Shown piece by piece: positions 15,620 through 30,001 of a DNA stretch of 64,000 nucleotides. Numbering within the stretch: the first letter of the stretch is position 1; every line of letters starts with the position of its first letter. Location of the stretch: NCBI RefSeq assembly GCF_006345805.1, contig NC_043005.1, forward strand, positions 19,654,001 through 19,718,000, written 5' to 3'. The notes under the pieces were generated by a model, which had not been told where the DNA came from, made no database searches, and saw nothing but the letters and a program-made list of their open reading frames with translations. Source of the DNA: Octopus sinensis. Taxonomy: Eukaryota. A program made the position numbers and the translations under genes.

Positions 15620-17350
15620 CTTGCAATGAGTGGGTAACCAGAAATATGTAGTTATTTATCTCATTTTGTATGTTGCATATTCTGTATTCGTCTTAGTTTC
15701 TTTTCTCTGTCTACTTTTGTAATCATTTTTGGTTAAGCATTTCATATGCAACTAAAATCGGGCTTTTGCTTCGCCAGCGTTTAGCTCAAAGTTTTTAAAT
15801 CGCTCTAGTCATTCACTGTATTATTTCCTCTTTTGCAAGTATTTCAGAATATTGGCCATGGAATGGTTCTTTTACTCTATTTTTCTTTAGTTATTTTGAA
15901 ATTCCGTTTTGATTTTATTTTTAATTTAAAAAATTTTTTCTCTTATTTTCTCATTTGCTAAATCTTTTTTCTGCAGTTTAGTTGTCTTCCGTTTTGTTTG
16001 ATTGTTTCTTTAAATACAGAGAGAAAGAAAAATGCTTATTTGTGTTTTATTCACGCTTCTTATTAATTTTTTTTTATTAAATCAAATCCCTTTTTGTCTG
16101 CTTCTAAGTATTTTCTGGTTCCTATGTTATTACTTTGTTGTAGTTTTATATTTGTATCTATCTCTACGTTATCTTTGTATATAAGCTTTGAGTTTGTGAA
16201 TTAGGAATTCTATTGGTTATTTCCTAGTTTTTCTGTGTAATCTCGCACTTAACTTTCAATTTATGTTGAAAACTATAGTTTATACCTGAGAAATTCTAGT
16301 GCACTATTTATACCTATTATCTTACTTCTAATTATTTTCTAGGTATTTCAAGTTAAATATTAGCTTGGCCATTCGTCCACACTTTTTAAATATTATTTAT
16401 TCATTTCTGTGTGTTGCACCGCATCAGTTTCATTCATTCCTACATATCTGGATTGGTGGTTCTCATCTAATTCTCTAATTAGATGCTTACCGTCTTAGAT
16501 AATTTACCACTTTTTATAATTTTGACACATTAGTCTAAAGCCATACTTATTTTTATGTCTTGTCTGATTTTATAGACAATTTTAGAGAAATTTTCAGTTG
16601 GGTATCGTTCTTTATTAATATGTTTAAACCATCTACATAAAGGACATGGTGCATAGTTTATCCATAGCCTCTATAAACGTTAGTGTTTTCATCCAGCAGA
16701 TTTATTGTAGTGATATAGTTTTCTATTTTCCACTGAAATCTAACAGATCGAATTTATTTGTCCGTTAATATTCGGGTAGTTTATTTCCATGGACAGAATA
16801 TCTTGTAGAGCCCTGCAGCACAATTTATTCTTTGAAAACTGTTTCTTATATATAGCTGTGCAATATTTAACATGATCCAGGTTCATCAATGTTATGTCTC
16901 CTTTATTTTCTTTATTGCTCCTCCACGTTGTAATTTATGTACTCTGTTACTGTTGAAATTGTTTAGTTTTTCTCGTATCCAAGTGTGTGGTGTACTATCA
17001 ACTGTATATATGTTTATAATGTTTTGTCTTGGAGAGTTAATGCTCCCCTGACAGCCCTAGTACCCCTTAACTCTGATTCTGATCTTATCCGTTCATTGAA
17101 TGTTGCTATCATCTTACCCATCGGGACAGGTCAAATGCTTCTGTCAGAAATTGGGCAATTTTTCAAACTCATGGACTTAGTTGCTTACAAGTCATATGAT
17201 GATGAGTTTTATGTCGTCTATCACGGTTCATATTTGTGGTGCTTATTATTTGTCTTTCTCTTCTCTTTCACTGTTTCAGTGTTTGTTTTTTTATACGCTA
17301 AATGCTTTTGCTCCATATTTCCTCCCAGAATGTTAAATAGTTTTTCGTTA
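15620..17350 (-). mobile_element. Ancient degraded R4/Dong element
   Basis: Minus-strand HHVLYVDGLNILIKND (YMDD-like, ~16630) and YRICNIQNE...ISGYP zinc-finger remnant (~15640-15690). Confidence 0.5.
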
Positions 17351-17673
17351 ATACCTCAATAAAATCTTTTGATATTTGATTCACGTTGTCACGCCAGAAA
17401 CACAATTTTCGAAGCAGCTTATCCTGCGTGATTTTGCCTATATGATTTGCTTTCGTCCTTTTTTTTAGAGGCGTGAGATTTCAGTTATGTCTTATTATTG
17501 ATATACTTTTTAATTTCTAATTTCTTTTGTGTTCGATCACATCTTTCCAATGTTCCTGAGTAGAGGTAGGCTTTTCTAGATTTCTACTTTTCAGTTTTAT
17601 GTTCTATATTTTTACGATGTACTTGCATAGCAAGTGACCTGATCTGAGATCGTGTGCTGAAACAAAAAAAAAA

Positions 17674-17946
17674 CAATTGCAGCGTGGAAGGTGTTTATAA
17701 ACCATTTAAAAACACACAAAAACTGTTAGATTCACTTCAAAATTTTAATTTAATTCGTCAAAATATTTTTGTCGTTCTGAGACCTTGACCTGTTCTCTGA
17801 CAAAATTCCGAGATGCAGCACGGAAGTTCGTCAGTGAACAGACCGCAGTTTCAAAGCGACGAAAGTATTTTGACAAATGTTGAAGTGAATCTAACGGTTT
17901 TTGCGTGTTTTTAAATGGCTTATAAACACCTTCCACGCTGCAATTG
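17674..17946. repeat. Fold-back (inverted repeat) element with about 130-bp arms
   Basis: caattgcagcgtggaaggtgtttataa... at 17674 mirrors ...ttataaacaccttccacgctgcaattg ending at 17946; about 10-nt centre. Confidence 0.85.
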
Positions 17947-19099
17947 GTTCTATATTTTCATTATTCTTTAAATTAGAATATAAAGGATTTTATACCATTA
18001 GGGCCAATCCCAGTTTCGTTCGATACAACTATATCTGGATCATTCCATGCCAACTCACCGAATGGCCCCATTGGTCATGTTTCATATTTGCTTCAAAATT
18101 TAACCACAGAAAGTTTCTATAGAATAAATAAAATCCTGAAAATTTCAGGTTCAAAAGTTATTGACATTTGAAATTTAGCAAAAATTAACGAAAATTGCAA
18201 GTCACAAGCTTAAAGGATGATTTTTTACAAATTTAGTGAACTGTAACTCTATAAGTAGGAATAGAAACAACCTGAAATGTGGTATCCCTACAGTTTTTCA
18301 CAAGAAGTAAACTCTTGTTCGCTTTGACCACGAACAAAGTCTGGAAGAAAAATGATGATCAAGTTTGTGAGGCACACTAATCTGAACCATGACATGGTGA
18401 ATTTTCTTTATATTATTACTGTTTTATTCATATTTGTTTTGACGTATTTATCTAAGGCGGAGATTTAGCACAATCTTTATAACAGTATTTGTTCTGACTC
18501 AGTGCCTTGAGTTCAAATCCTGCGTAGATAAAAAAAACACACGAAAGACTAATAATGTAGGGCAGTTGATAATGAGAGGCTCGGGCAATATGCCTTGTAG
18601 TGTCTGTTCTGCCAGTGACGCTAGTGCCAAGTTGTTTTGGCCTAAGTCGGTGGCCATTCCCTTGGACAGACTTCAATGGTGTGGACAGGACAGATTTGCA
18701 TGCATGGTCAAGTGACAATCTTTCTCAAAAAAGTTTTTCCAATCATGCACAAACATGTGCACATAGCTCTCTTCCCTCCCCTCTCTCTCTATCCCTTTAT
18801 TCATGTAGATATATATGTGTGTGTATACACACACACACACACACGCGTATATATTATTTATATACGTACGTGTGTGTGAATTTACATACATTGATATTTT
18901 AAACAATTATCAAAAATGTTATGCAACGTCTTAGCTTTCTCCTTGTGCTCCTTTATATATATAGCATTGTTTTGTCTATCCCAGCATATTTGGTATCACC
19001 TTGCATTCTGTTTTACTATATGCATGAATTGACTCCGGCAGCAAATAAATTGAAAGGTAATTCATCATCATCATTATATGTGGCCTTGTTCCAGAATGA

Positions 19100-19340
19100 G
19101 AGATCAATATTCAAGAAAGTTAGACGGAACTGCTCACAATGTCTTCCACAACTCGAATGATTCCCATAGTTGTTCCACTATGTTGATCAACTAAATGATT
19201 TACCATTACTTCCGGTTTCTTCGGAATATTCTTTAGAGCAATGTCTTTGCTAACGTTATCTAGCTCATCTTTCATTGTTTGAATTTCCGCTGGGCTTTCC
19301 GATACCAGAAAGGATATCCTCTGAAAATCAAAGGTGATTA
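19100..19340 (-). mobile_element. RTE-clade LINE RT fragment, degraded
   Basis: ISFLVSESPAEIQTMKDELDNVSKDIALKNIPKKPEVM resembles RTE ADD..LQ.ML.EL...S..IGL.IN..KTK.M. Confidence 0.55.
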
Positions 19341-19424
19341 ATGTATTTCTTGTTAAATGTTGATACTTCTTTTGTCTTGTCAACTGTGTTTCTTAGAGAC
19401 TAATTCTTGGCACGCAGCAAAAAT

Positions 19425-19427
<3 letters not shown>

Positions 19428-19480
<53 letters not shown>

Positions 19481-19540
19481 TGTATATATTTATATATACA
19501 CATATGTGTGTATATATTTATATATACACATATGTGTATA

Positions 19541-19571
<31 letters not shown>

Positions 19572-19600
19572 GCATATAAATATGTGTGTGTATATATATG
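19428..19600. repeat. (TA)n compound microsatellite
   Basis: Direct inspection. Confidence 0.95.
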
Positions 19601-21779
19601 TAACTGCATACATTCAAACACACACATATACAAAGAGAGACAAATAGACAGGCAGACAAAGACAGAAACAGAGAGAGAGTTTGTGTGTATGCCTTTCTGT
19701 ATTTGGGTATTTAAATATATGTCTTTAAACAAAACGTTGAAACGAAATGTTAACGCTACAAATAGATTACAACATACAGCCATCAGATCAAACTGTTTGC
19801 AAAATCAATCTTATTAATAACACAAATATGGTATCGAATCAGAGCAAAGAAAATTTCTTCACCAACCTTCTTATAATGAAAGCATTACAGAGCATCTTTC
19901 ATTTATACTTTGAAGTGGTTGAAACATCTCACTTGCAGTACTTTTTAGTTTCATGGTTTAAAATTATTTCTGTGTGATACCTAACTGAAATTATGAGAAA
20001 CACTAAGTGGAAGAATTTATAGACGTTGTGTCATATATGCAAAGGCAAAATTCCAGTTTTTGATGCGTGATGGCACAGAAATTTATGTCAGAAAATATAT
20101 TACCGCTCACATTCTTTCTCATTTAGAAACTGTTGGTTAACTGTACCATGTATGCTGTTAGGGTTGTTGTAAGTCATTTGTACTAGTGAAGTCTCCATTT
20201 TAAGAACGAAGATAGCGTTGCCATAGGTTCTCCACTTGGCCTGACATACACTATTTTCTGCTCGTTCTACTAAAATATGTTGCATGCTGTAAATGAGTCT
20301 GAGAAAATACAATACATATCACTTGAAAAATAATTTCTAAATTCAAAGCAAATTTTGAGCGAGCAATGTCTAAGTTTTAACTCCAGTGCTTGATTAATAC
20401 ATATTTTATAGGCCCCAGAATGAAAATAGGCAAAATCGATCCTGGCTTCTTTTGATCCTATATCATAAAGCAATTATTGTGTCATTCTGCAACCAATTGA
20501 CTTCTTAAATATGGACATGTAGGTTTCCCATAAAGTCACAACTTAGCTGTAAGGTTGACGTTAATGAACCATGATACGACTGTTACTTTTGGCATCGGAA
20601 AACGCAGAGGGCAATTTTGATTTTGTGAAATTTGAACTCAGCTTGTAAAGAAATATAACAAAGTATTATAAGTCATTTATTTCGTCTCTTTATCACTGGT
20701 GTCTCAGCCCCATTCAACACTCTATGCATGTTAACATGAACACGTATATCGGCAACAGTAAACTATATCACTCACATCCGTTTACATAGAAAAGCACTTC
20801 TAAGTTGTTGAGGACAGATCATCCTTGGTCAAGAAGACATAAACAAAAGCGTTCCAAGAACGATAACCTTGTCCATTTTACTTATCTTGGATTATACTAT
20901 CTTCGTTTAAAACTGAAGTGTCTGATTTGAGGAAGATCTATCTGCAAATTTCTAGTAGGCCAAGCAACTGCACGAAGGTATCTTCATTGGTTCAATATTA
21001 AATATCTTTATATAAATGATGTAAGTTGCTGTACTTACAGAGATCAAATTTATTCATTAAAGATCTACTTTGGTATACTTTCGAGGTTTCTATTAACAAA
21101 TAAGTCCTTCCCACCATCACCATCACCACCACCATAGTGTATTCTGTTTATGATTAAATAATCCTTACTTGTTTCGTAATAGCTACTCTGAATCATTAAT
21201 AGATAGATATAATACCATATTTTAAAATTAACATTTCCAGGATTTTGAAACCAATTACTCCACTACAAAAAAAGACTGTAGAAAATATACTAAATTTATT
21301 ATCTAAGCAAAGCACACGAAAAATTAAATTAATAGCATGGTAAATTTAATGATAAAATACATTACCTCACACAATAAGTCTAGACACAAGGTCTCTCTCG
21401 TTGTATGCTACAAAAACAAAGCCATGGAAGCTACTATAATGAACGACTAATGCAACACACACCCAAAAACAAAAATGTAAACAACAAATGTGAATATACG
21501 GTTATCAATGACGTTAATAGAGGACTTCTAAGATTCATGTAAAAATATTTTATTAAGGTAATACTAGCGCCACACCTTTGCAAAAACCGTCTAGTCTATG
21601 CACCTGCAGTTAACAAAATTCGAATCAATGCTGTGATCAAGTTTTGTGTGAGTGTGTGTGTGAGTGTTTGTATGTATGTGTGTTTCTGTGTTTATGTGTG
21701 TGTGCGTGTGTGTGCATGCGCGTGCATGCATAACTTAGTTTTGTCCATTATTAACTTGGTCATATCTCACTTAATAGCG

Positions 21780-22200
21780 TCACCTGGTGTAATTTTTTAA
21801 ACCATGTTTTAGGACACAGTAGCCTACTTGAGTAGGAAGGCGGTGCTTCCTGAAATGTACTTGAGTATCGGTGATTTACCTGATATTTCTCGGAGGAATC
21901 AGCCCAGGTGTTGCTTGAATGCTGTAGGGCCTTTTTCTTTATTCTGACTTCTTTCGGAAATATGTTGAATAAGACAGCACAGCTAATGTAAAAAAAAAAA
22001 CGTTGTATTACAATGCTGTGGTGCGACCTCAGTTTCTGTTGGGGTCGTATGGCAAGAAGACCAAGCATCGAGTGACTTTGATACGGGCATCGTCTGGATA
22101 GTACTGGTGGAGTATTTTCCACATTGTTAAAATGATGTAGCACTAACAGTGGCATTGGAGAAAATAAAATTTGAGCTTTTTGAGACGATCCCAATAGTCA
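21780..22200 (-). mobile_element. Degraded APE-type LINE 3' coding remnant (clade uncertain)
   Basis: AVLFNIFPKEVR resembles the LFN.LP..IR C-terminal motif of CR1/L2/I-group ORF2. Confidence 0.3.
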
Positions 22201-22277
22201 AAAATTGTCATGCCGTTTATTTATCGTGAAATGGTCTCTGGAGTGCTTATATTTTCATGGTATTCTGGTTAGTATAT

Positions 22278-22515
22278 AAGGCGGCGAGCTGGTAGAATCG
22301 TTAGCACGCCGGGCGAAATGCGTAGCCGTATTTCGTCTGCCGTTACGTTCTGCGTTTAAATTCCGCCGAGGTCAACTTTGCCTTTCATCCTTTCGGGGTC
22401 GATTAATTAAGTAGCAGTTACGCACTGGAGTCGATGTAATTGACTTAATCCGTTTGTCTGTCCTTGTTTGTTCCCTCTGTGTTTAGCCCCTTGTGGGTAG
22501 TAAAGAAATAGGTAT
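22278..22515 (+). mobile_element. SINE family B, near full length
   Basis: aaggcggcgagctggtagaatcgttagcacgccgggcg head, central ctttcatcctttcggggtcga block, tail agccccttgtgggtagtaaagaaatagg. Confidence 0.85.
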
Positions 22516-25499
22516 TCTGCTTAGTATAGGATGACTACAGTAGGTAGCAATATTCTGGCAAACATAGAGAAGGGTGATAGTGTAATGGCCTCTGGATAGT
22601 GTCATGGTCTCTGAGTATAAATGAGCACATTCAGCAGGCCATATCGACTTGTGTACTCGTTGGTTGAGACCATTTTGGAGCACTGCTGTCAAGATGGTTA
22701 CAGCAACTTGTTTTCCCAAAACGGCCACACATCTAATTACTAAGCTAGCACGACACCGCTACGTTGCGACTGTTTTTGTTTCAGCTTGCAATGACCACAC
22801 ACTTGTATCTATTTATAGATATATAATCTTATTCAGATTTGTGAATTTGAGAACCCCGCTATGTAACCTTTGTAGAGAACTATAGAAATGCAGCTTTGTA
22901 TTTTATATTTTTGACCGTGTGATATTTCAAATTCCTATTACTGTCGGTGTGAAATTTTTTACAGTACTTCATTGCGTGTTAAGCTTCATGTTAGGTTTCC
23001 TCTATTTAGCTGTTAGCAATGATTTTATATTAAGTTTTCTAATTCAATGAATATTTTATGGTGAGTACTATATTTTTGTCTAACGCTCTTCCTGTCAACT
23101 TTTGTTTAGTGCCATTTACTGTAGTAAGTTGCAGTCCAGTCTGTAATGCAGGTAAATTGATTTGGAAACCAGTTGCCAATAAAACTAGAAAGGAGTACTG
23201 GTGTGACATTTAATGCAGTATAACGATTATTGAGTTATAAATTAGCATACTTTTTCAGTTCTGTGCGACCAACACATTCCACTCTTTAGTCCATGGACGT
23301 ATTGTTACCTTCCCACTCGGGCTGTTCTACTATCGTCATACTGCCCCCTTTTCCTCGGAGCTAGATGAACTCTTTTCACCGACAATCAGACTTACCCAAT
23401 TCCCTCGTATCTTATCGTTTCGTCAATAATATTCTGTCCACTACTCAAACCCCGCACTAACCACTACATTTCACCTGGACCGTCATCTTTCTAGAATTCT
23501 CACCCTGACCATTTTTACCTATAACCATCAACTTACAGCTATTCTAAAGGGACATCAATCACATCGATCTCCTTGATCTCGGTGGAGCTGCAAATATCAT
23601 GGTCACAGTTCCTTCCTTCAGATAAAATCATAAAGAAAACTGCATACAAGCCACCGAACTTGCCATAAATAAGTGTGTAATAAATTTTGCTATGGCCAGA
23701 GTGAGGTTTCAAGTAATTTACATGTAATTCTTTCGGCATTTTAAAGGCAATTTCTATTTTTCTCAATCACAAATATGTAATTATTCGGTCAAATTATTTT
23801 TCCACATAATTTTCATTCATCCAAACTATTTTAGGTGTGCGGCGCAAGATTTTGGCGGTATATATTTGTTATTGTTTGAGTTTTGAAAGAGAACTGAAAC
23901 GAAATATAACCAACGAGATATAGTCAGCGAAATATCTATCAGATCATTGACTATACATGAAAAGAAATCGTAAAAGCAGTATAAAATAGAGTTGTTGTGG
24001 TTCTTGCTATTTGGTGAGATCTGTATAATTGATGCAGTTGTTTTTGTCGTTTGGGGGCTAGATCTCTCCTGATCCATAAGATTTAAGATCAGAAATATTC
24101 CGGGCGTGACAATCCTACATTTTTTTATGATCTGAAATATTTCAGTCTTGATCACCCTGTTTTAAGAGTATCTAGATTTGCATTAACCAATGTGACTTTT
24201 CCATTTTTAAAACAAGACGGTATGAGCAGAATCTGGTTGTTATTTATAGCAGATAAAGTAACTGAGAGGAGGCTGGAGTAAAATTTTTGTAACTTGTATA
24301 TGTTTCAAAAGAAACAAAAAAAAATTTGCCAGCATGTTATAAGACAAACTGAAGTGACAAATGTTTCTAAATTTTTAATATACTTACACACAACTTCAGT
24401 TTTGAGCTGCAACATTTTATGTTATATATGCAAGAAAAACTTCTTTACTCACTAACTTAGCGTTATTCAGACCGGATTAAAAACTAATACCTCAAAAATA
24501 CAGGTAGCTTTCCTTCGCTATATGCAAGCATCTACATTATTACTAAATACGATTAATTTTCTGTCTTTCTGCTTAAATCGATGTAAATTTTTGTACTACT
24601 TAAAAGCACAAGATAATCTTTCTGCCGATAATATGAAGAATGTTAAAGAATTATTGGAGCGAGTTGCAACAGCTTCAACAAAAGCATCGTTTTCTCTGCT
24701 TCCAAATTGGCTGCTGAGATAACATTCCCGCTGCTCATTTTAGAGAACATTCAGAACAATACCAGATAGACCACGAAGAGAATGGCAAAAATAAACGGAC
24801 AAGTTTAGCGCCATCTCAGCACCAGTACCATTTTGATATACGTATACAACCTCATATAACCATCAGGACAAAAGTGACAGCAGAATAACAATTAAAATCA
24901 ATTAAACCAACAGTTTGAAACTATCACTTGATAACAGATTAAGTCAGTAAAAAAAAACCCAAACACTTCTGTGTTAAAAGTTATCGACGATATCACTGGA
25001 GACTGTATAAAAACGTTTAATAACAACCATAAGACAATCAATATCTGCTTGTATAGAGTGACAATCATACTGGAAAATAGAAACCTCTGCAGCGTACGTG
25101 ATAATGAAAGCAATCGATTTAGATGTATAACATAATTACAATAAACTACCAACCGTTGGCGCTAGACAATCGGGCATTTAGATAGTATCAACAGGTAGGA
25201 TGGTGAACAATGCATATTACGATAAAGCTGACCAACTCACACCCTACTGTTTAAAAATGAAAGACATAGATGATGTAGTCAAGGATACATGATGTTTGAA
25301 AGATTGGTGGGATATTTTGTGCTGATGCAGGCTAAATGATAACAGCAAAGACATCAACAAACCCACATTAAGCACAAGCTTGTCTCTAATCCATATTCTG
25401 TATACCAAGAAGGAAAAGAAATTATAACTTACTGAAAAACAAATCTTATAATTTTGGCCAAATACCTTGAATAAAAAGAAAAAATTTCAGTTATAAAGC

Positions 25500-28230
25500 A
25501 GAGTAGCAAAATAAAATCAGAAATATTTACTGCGTCACACTAAAAGATCCAAAACTTTTACTAAAGCCGTGAAAATTTTGTATCAAGGAGAAACTCCAGT
25601 AAGAGATTAAATATTGACGTTTTGAAGAACACCAATATTTTGTATATTTCAAAAAACTATGGAAGCCGTAACTGACGCACCAGATTGGTTTCCTATAATA
25701 CAGAAAAATCTTGTAAGCCCAGAATAAAAACTTCTACTTGGCAGAAAAACAACAAAGCAGTAACTGATAAGCAGACAGGTGGAAAGAAAGGAGTTTGGGT
25801 ACGTGCCTAACAACTTCTAATTAATAAAGCTGTGTTGTCTGAAGTGAAAAGTCACACCGCAGAGATCTTGTGACAACACGGTTTGATTACAAAAGGCATT
25901 TTGGGTTTATGCCCTATTCATGGCAGCATTTGGTAAAGCTAATGGTTTTTTGGCTTACAAAAACCGGTCAACCGTCTTAAACCTTATAACTGAAAATATA
26001 ACGCTTGTCTCTAATGTAATAAATATATCGCAAGGAAGAAATATTTCAAGGAAAGAGTATGTCTGTGCTTCTAGTTATTCTTGGCACTAAACCCAGTAAA
26101 ACGTCTGTTTAAAAAATCAAGTGGTTATATACTACGGTCTAAAGCAGCAAGAAACACGAATGTAACGCATGATTTCTTTGTTGACGATCTAAAGATCAAC
26201 GCTGAAAATATCTACGATGATGAGAAACATCTAGATTTAATAACATTTTCATGTGATATAGAGACGAAATGTGCTAACAGAAAATTTTATGTGTGATATT
26301 TTAAGGTAGGAAAACTGCTTTTAAAACCGAAAATATTGCTATCAATCGTTTTACTATTTTTTACTGTTCAACACAGTGAGTGTTACAAACACGCAGGTGC
26401 TCACGAAAACATTTTTAAAAGAAGACATGAGTAAAGAACAGAGTGGTCAAAACCTATTAAAAATAACAGTCACAATTTTCTTTTCACAAGATGATATCCC
26501 ACAAAACGATTAGGGCACTAATAATCGTACAAACATTTTAGATAATTTACTGGACTATACATGAAATTAGCTACTTTGGTATTTAAAAACCTACGAGATC
26601 CTAACCACTGATAACCATCCAACATCTCACCAAACCTTGTTTCAGTAGTTATTTGCCGGAGGCGTTAACAAACAAATCTGGTCATGGTCAAAAGTAAGCA
26701 ACTTGCAGGGCAATAGCTTGGCAATACAGCTTTTTGCTTTTCAATAAAACACGCTATCATATGTTCTAACAAAACAGAGTTTAGAGAATGAATATTCCGA
26801 ATCTAGTAACTTCTCCCGCATTTTCTTGTAGACAATCTGAAACTTCGAGGGTCAACCATATCAAAAAGCTGGAATAAAAATTGGTTCGTTCAAATGTGTA
26901 TTCATGATGGTAAAACAAGGAAAATTTGCCCAAAAATCTATATATAAATGTTTTTATATGTCAACCTTAACATTCAGGTGAGAACTACGTGTATCTTGGG
27001 CAGGATGAGAATATTCGGCATTTTGACCTTAATAAAGAGAAGAAAATATATTAATATTTCATGAGAGTAAAGGGAACAAAAGGATATCACTGGCAGTATT
27101 ACTTTTTCCTATTCTAACGCCTATATTTGGCCTTCCGTGCTAATCACCACAAGAATTATTTATAGAGAAGGCAGGGAATTCCAAAATCAATGAGGATAAA
27201 GACAGATTATATTTCCTTTACAATGAGGAAAGCTGTGATATGAAATCAGTTTTAATATCAATAAAACAAATTTTAACACTAAAGTATCATCTTCGTCAGA
27301 GGAAAAAACTTCAGTAACTATCTCAATGAAGTTTACCAGAATGAAAATAATTAACTAGCCAATAACTAATAAGAGTTATGAAATAAGGCTGACACAAAAC
27401 ACCCAGGATTGAACATTTGAAAATCTAACTTAGCAGAAGAAATACAAAATATATGTACCTGCTGACTGAAAAAGTTGTACAAGGATACTTGAAAGGAAAA
27501 ATGCAGACAACGGAAGAAATACTCCCACACTAAAAGTCTAGTGTAGAATACCAACAAGTTTAGGACATCTCGTCTTGAAGGTTAACTCCATCTAATCCAG
27601 AAGCAAGAAATTCTAAGTACCATTTACATAAAAAAGCATCTATTGATAACAAATGTAGGCTATGTACAACCAAGACTGAAGACGCTAACCACATCATTGC
27701 CAAACGAGAGAGAATGTTCTTTTGATAATACTTTCTCGTATGACATGATGTGGTAATCAGTGCAATCTGGAATAGCATAAGAAAATTTTTTAAATAATAA
27801 TGAACGAACTGAAAGTGATGGATCAAACAGTATTAGTTAACCCCAAGGTTAAGAAAAGTTACCAAACTAAAAGACAACTGACATAATATTGTTGTCCGAG
27901 ACTAAAAAGCAAATACATTTGCTCTGTTGTGGAAATCAGCTGCTCGCTTGATGTTAAAGTAATAAGTAAAATACAAGTGTAAGAACGCATCTATAGATTA
28001 TTATAGAGGCGGATGTGAAAATGCAGTACTCAAGATACACTTTCAGCCTTGCACTCATTATCATTGGAGCGGCAGGATAGGTACCAACCTGTCCGAATCA
28101 AATTATAGATGAAATTGGATTCCTGGGAAACGAATTTAGCTCCATAATTCATGCGCTACAGATGAAAATGATATTTGGGACTATAAAAAGGCTGCAAGAA
28201 CTCATTAAAATTTAAAAGCTGAATGATTGC
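25500..28230 (+). mobile_element. Old, long R4/Dong element
   Basis: GGKKGVW...LLINKAVLSEVKSH (~25790), ALNP...NVTHDFFVDDLK (ORF 26081-26296), NKCRLCTTKTEDANHII (~27650), IVVRD...EISCSLDVKV (~27890-27960). Confidence 0.7.
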
Positions 28231-28399
28231 ACTAAGATTGACGACAATGTTTTCTTGTCGTTATTTCTCTTTTTCATAACCTTATCTCCTAGAAGGTGGT
28301 TGGTCATAATATACTATAAAACTACAGTCAGGAAGAGAAAACACATATTTATCTACATACATGATGAAAATATGCAGTTCCTCCATCCGGGCGATAATT

Positions 28400-28580
28400 T
28401 TAGATTTCTACCTATAATTATTGGAGCATTTGGCAATGTGGCTAACTGACTCAGTACTAATCTTGAAAATCTAGGATTTACAAAACCAGACAAAAAAAGA
28501 AATCGAGTTATCAGATCACAGATACAAGCTGTCAAAAATACTGACAAAGTACGTAAAAGATTATAGAAACTCAAGATATG
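28400..28580 (+). mobile_element. Additional R4/Dong C-terminal remnant
   Basis: PIIIGAFGNV...LENLGFTK...QIQAVKNT.KVRK resembles the RLE C-terminus. Confidence 0.45.
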
Positions 28581-28939
28581 CAATGACTGTCCACGTGCAT
28601 ATACATATGTACATGCAAAAATATGTAACTGAATGAATGTGCAGATGCACAGAAACATACATAAACGCATGCGTACACACACTCATACATATTCATAACA
28701 TATACACATACATACATATATACCCATAATTATTTGGGCAATAAACTGTGTAAGAAGCTGCCTCAGCACCAGTCTTGAGAGATTAAGCTATTCAAAATCA
28801 GAAAGGAAAAAGCTGATTGCAAGAATATAGATACAAACCATCTACGGAACTGTCAAAATATGTAAACCGTTCCAAAAGTTTAGCATATATGTGCATATTC
28901 TTATGTCTAGATGTGCAACTATATGTATGAGTATACACA

Positions 28940-29727
28940 CGAGGTGGTATCAAAATGTTACCGGAATAGTTCTGTAGCGCGCTATTAGAGGGTAGCACAC
29001 GGTTGCGTGTTCAGTGAGAGCTAGCAATGACCTTCTTGAGACAGTGTGCCGAGTAGCATCACTGTGTTTACTTCGCAAGTAGTGAAATTAGTGTTCTTGT
29101 TGTCACGTGTATGCTGTAGTCTGCGATTTTTGCCATGGACAGGAAGTTAGAGCAAAAAGCCAACGTGAAATTTTTCGTTAAACTTAGGAAGTCTGCTACA
29201 GAGACATTGAGCCTGCATCAGCAAGCTTACGGCGACGAGGCAATGGGTCGTATGCAATGTTTCAGTGACACGGTCGCTTCAAAAGCAGAGAAACGTCCCT
29301 GGAAGACTATAAGCTATCCGGAAGACATTCCACGAGCAACACCCTTAGAAACGTGGAGAAAGTTCATCAGCTTGTGCATGAGGATCGGAGGAGGAGAATC
29401 AACGACATTGTTGATGTTGTTGATCTGTCGTATGGATCCATGCAGGCAATCCTAACGTTTGAATTGAACATGCGACGTCACCGAGCTTCCCTCATCCGCG
29501 AGTTTCTCGCCCAAAACATCATGATATTGCTTCCACACATGCCTTATTCGTCAGATCTAGCACCTGCGGACTTCCAACTCTTCCCCAAGATGAAAATGCA
29601 GCTCAAAGGTCGCCTGTTTATTGCTGCGCAAGGTGACTATTTCGAAGGACCAAAGTGTTAAAAATTAGGTAAATAAGTTATTTTCTAGTAAACATAACTA
29701 GTCCGAGAACCTTCTCATACCACCTCG
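28940..29727 (+). mobile_element. Internally deleted mariner (irritans-like)
   Basis: About 30-bp TIRs cgaggtggtatcaaaatgttaccggaatag / ctagtccgagaaccttctcataccacctcg followed by TA; MDRKLEQKANVKFFVKLRKSATETL and PYSSDLAPADF motifs; central DDD region missing. Confidence 0.9.
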
Positions 29728-30001
29728 TACATAAAATCAAATACACATCTATACATGCACAGACTCCAAATATCTGCGCATATACACATTCAGATGTATA
29801 AGAATCTTGTTGTTGTTGAAATTGCAGTGAAGGAATCTTGGATCTGGGTTAGGAATCGACTCTTTCACTATAACAGAGAAAATAAGAAGTAAAACCAGAA
29901 CAGAGTGGCAGAGATAGTTTATACTTTATGACGAGAAAATATTATGAGAGATGACTAGAATATAAACATGCAACATCATTCATTTTCGAACTGAGAAAGT
30001 A

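Noticed and set aside
20270-20473. IFSDS word suggesting an RNase H remnant
   Set aside because: A single short motif with no other RNase H or RT support nearby.
23539-24155. ORFs 23539-23766 and 23826-24155 as host exons
   Set aside because: No recognisable domain, starts are non-ATG or weak, and there is no convincing splice context; unresolved without a search.
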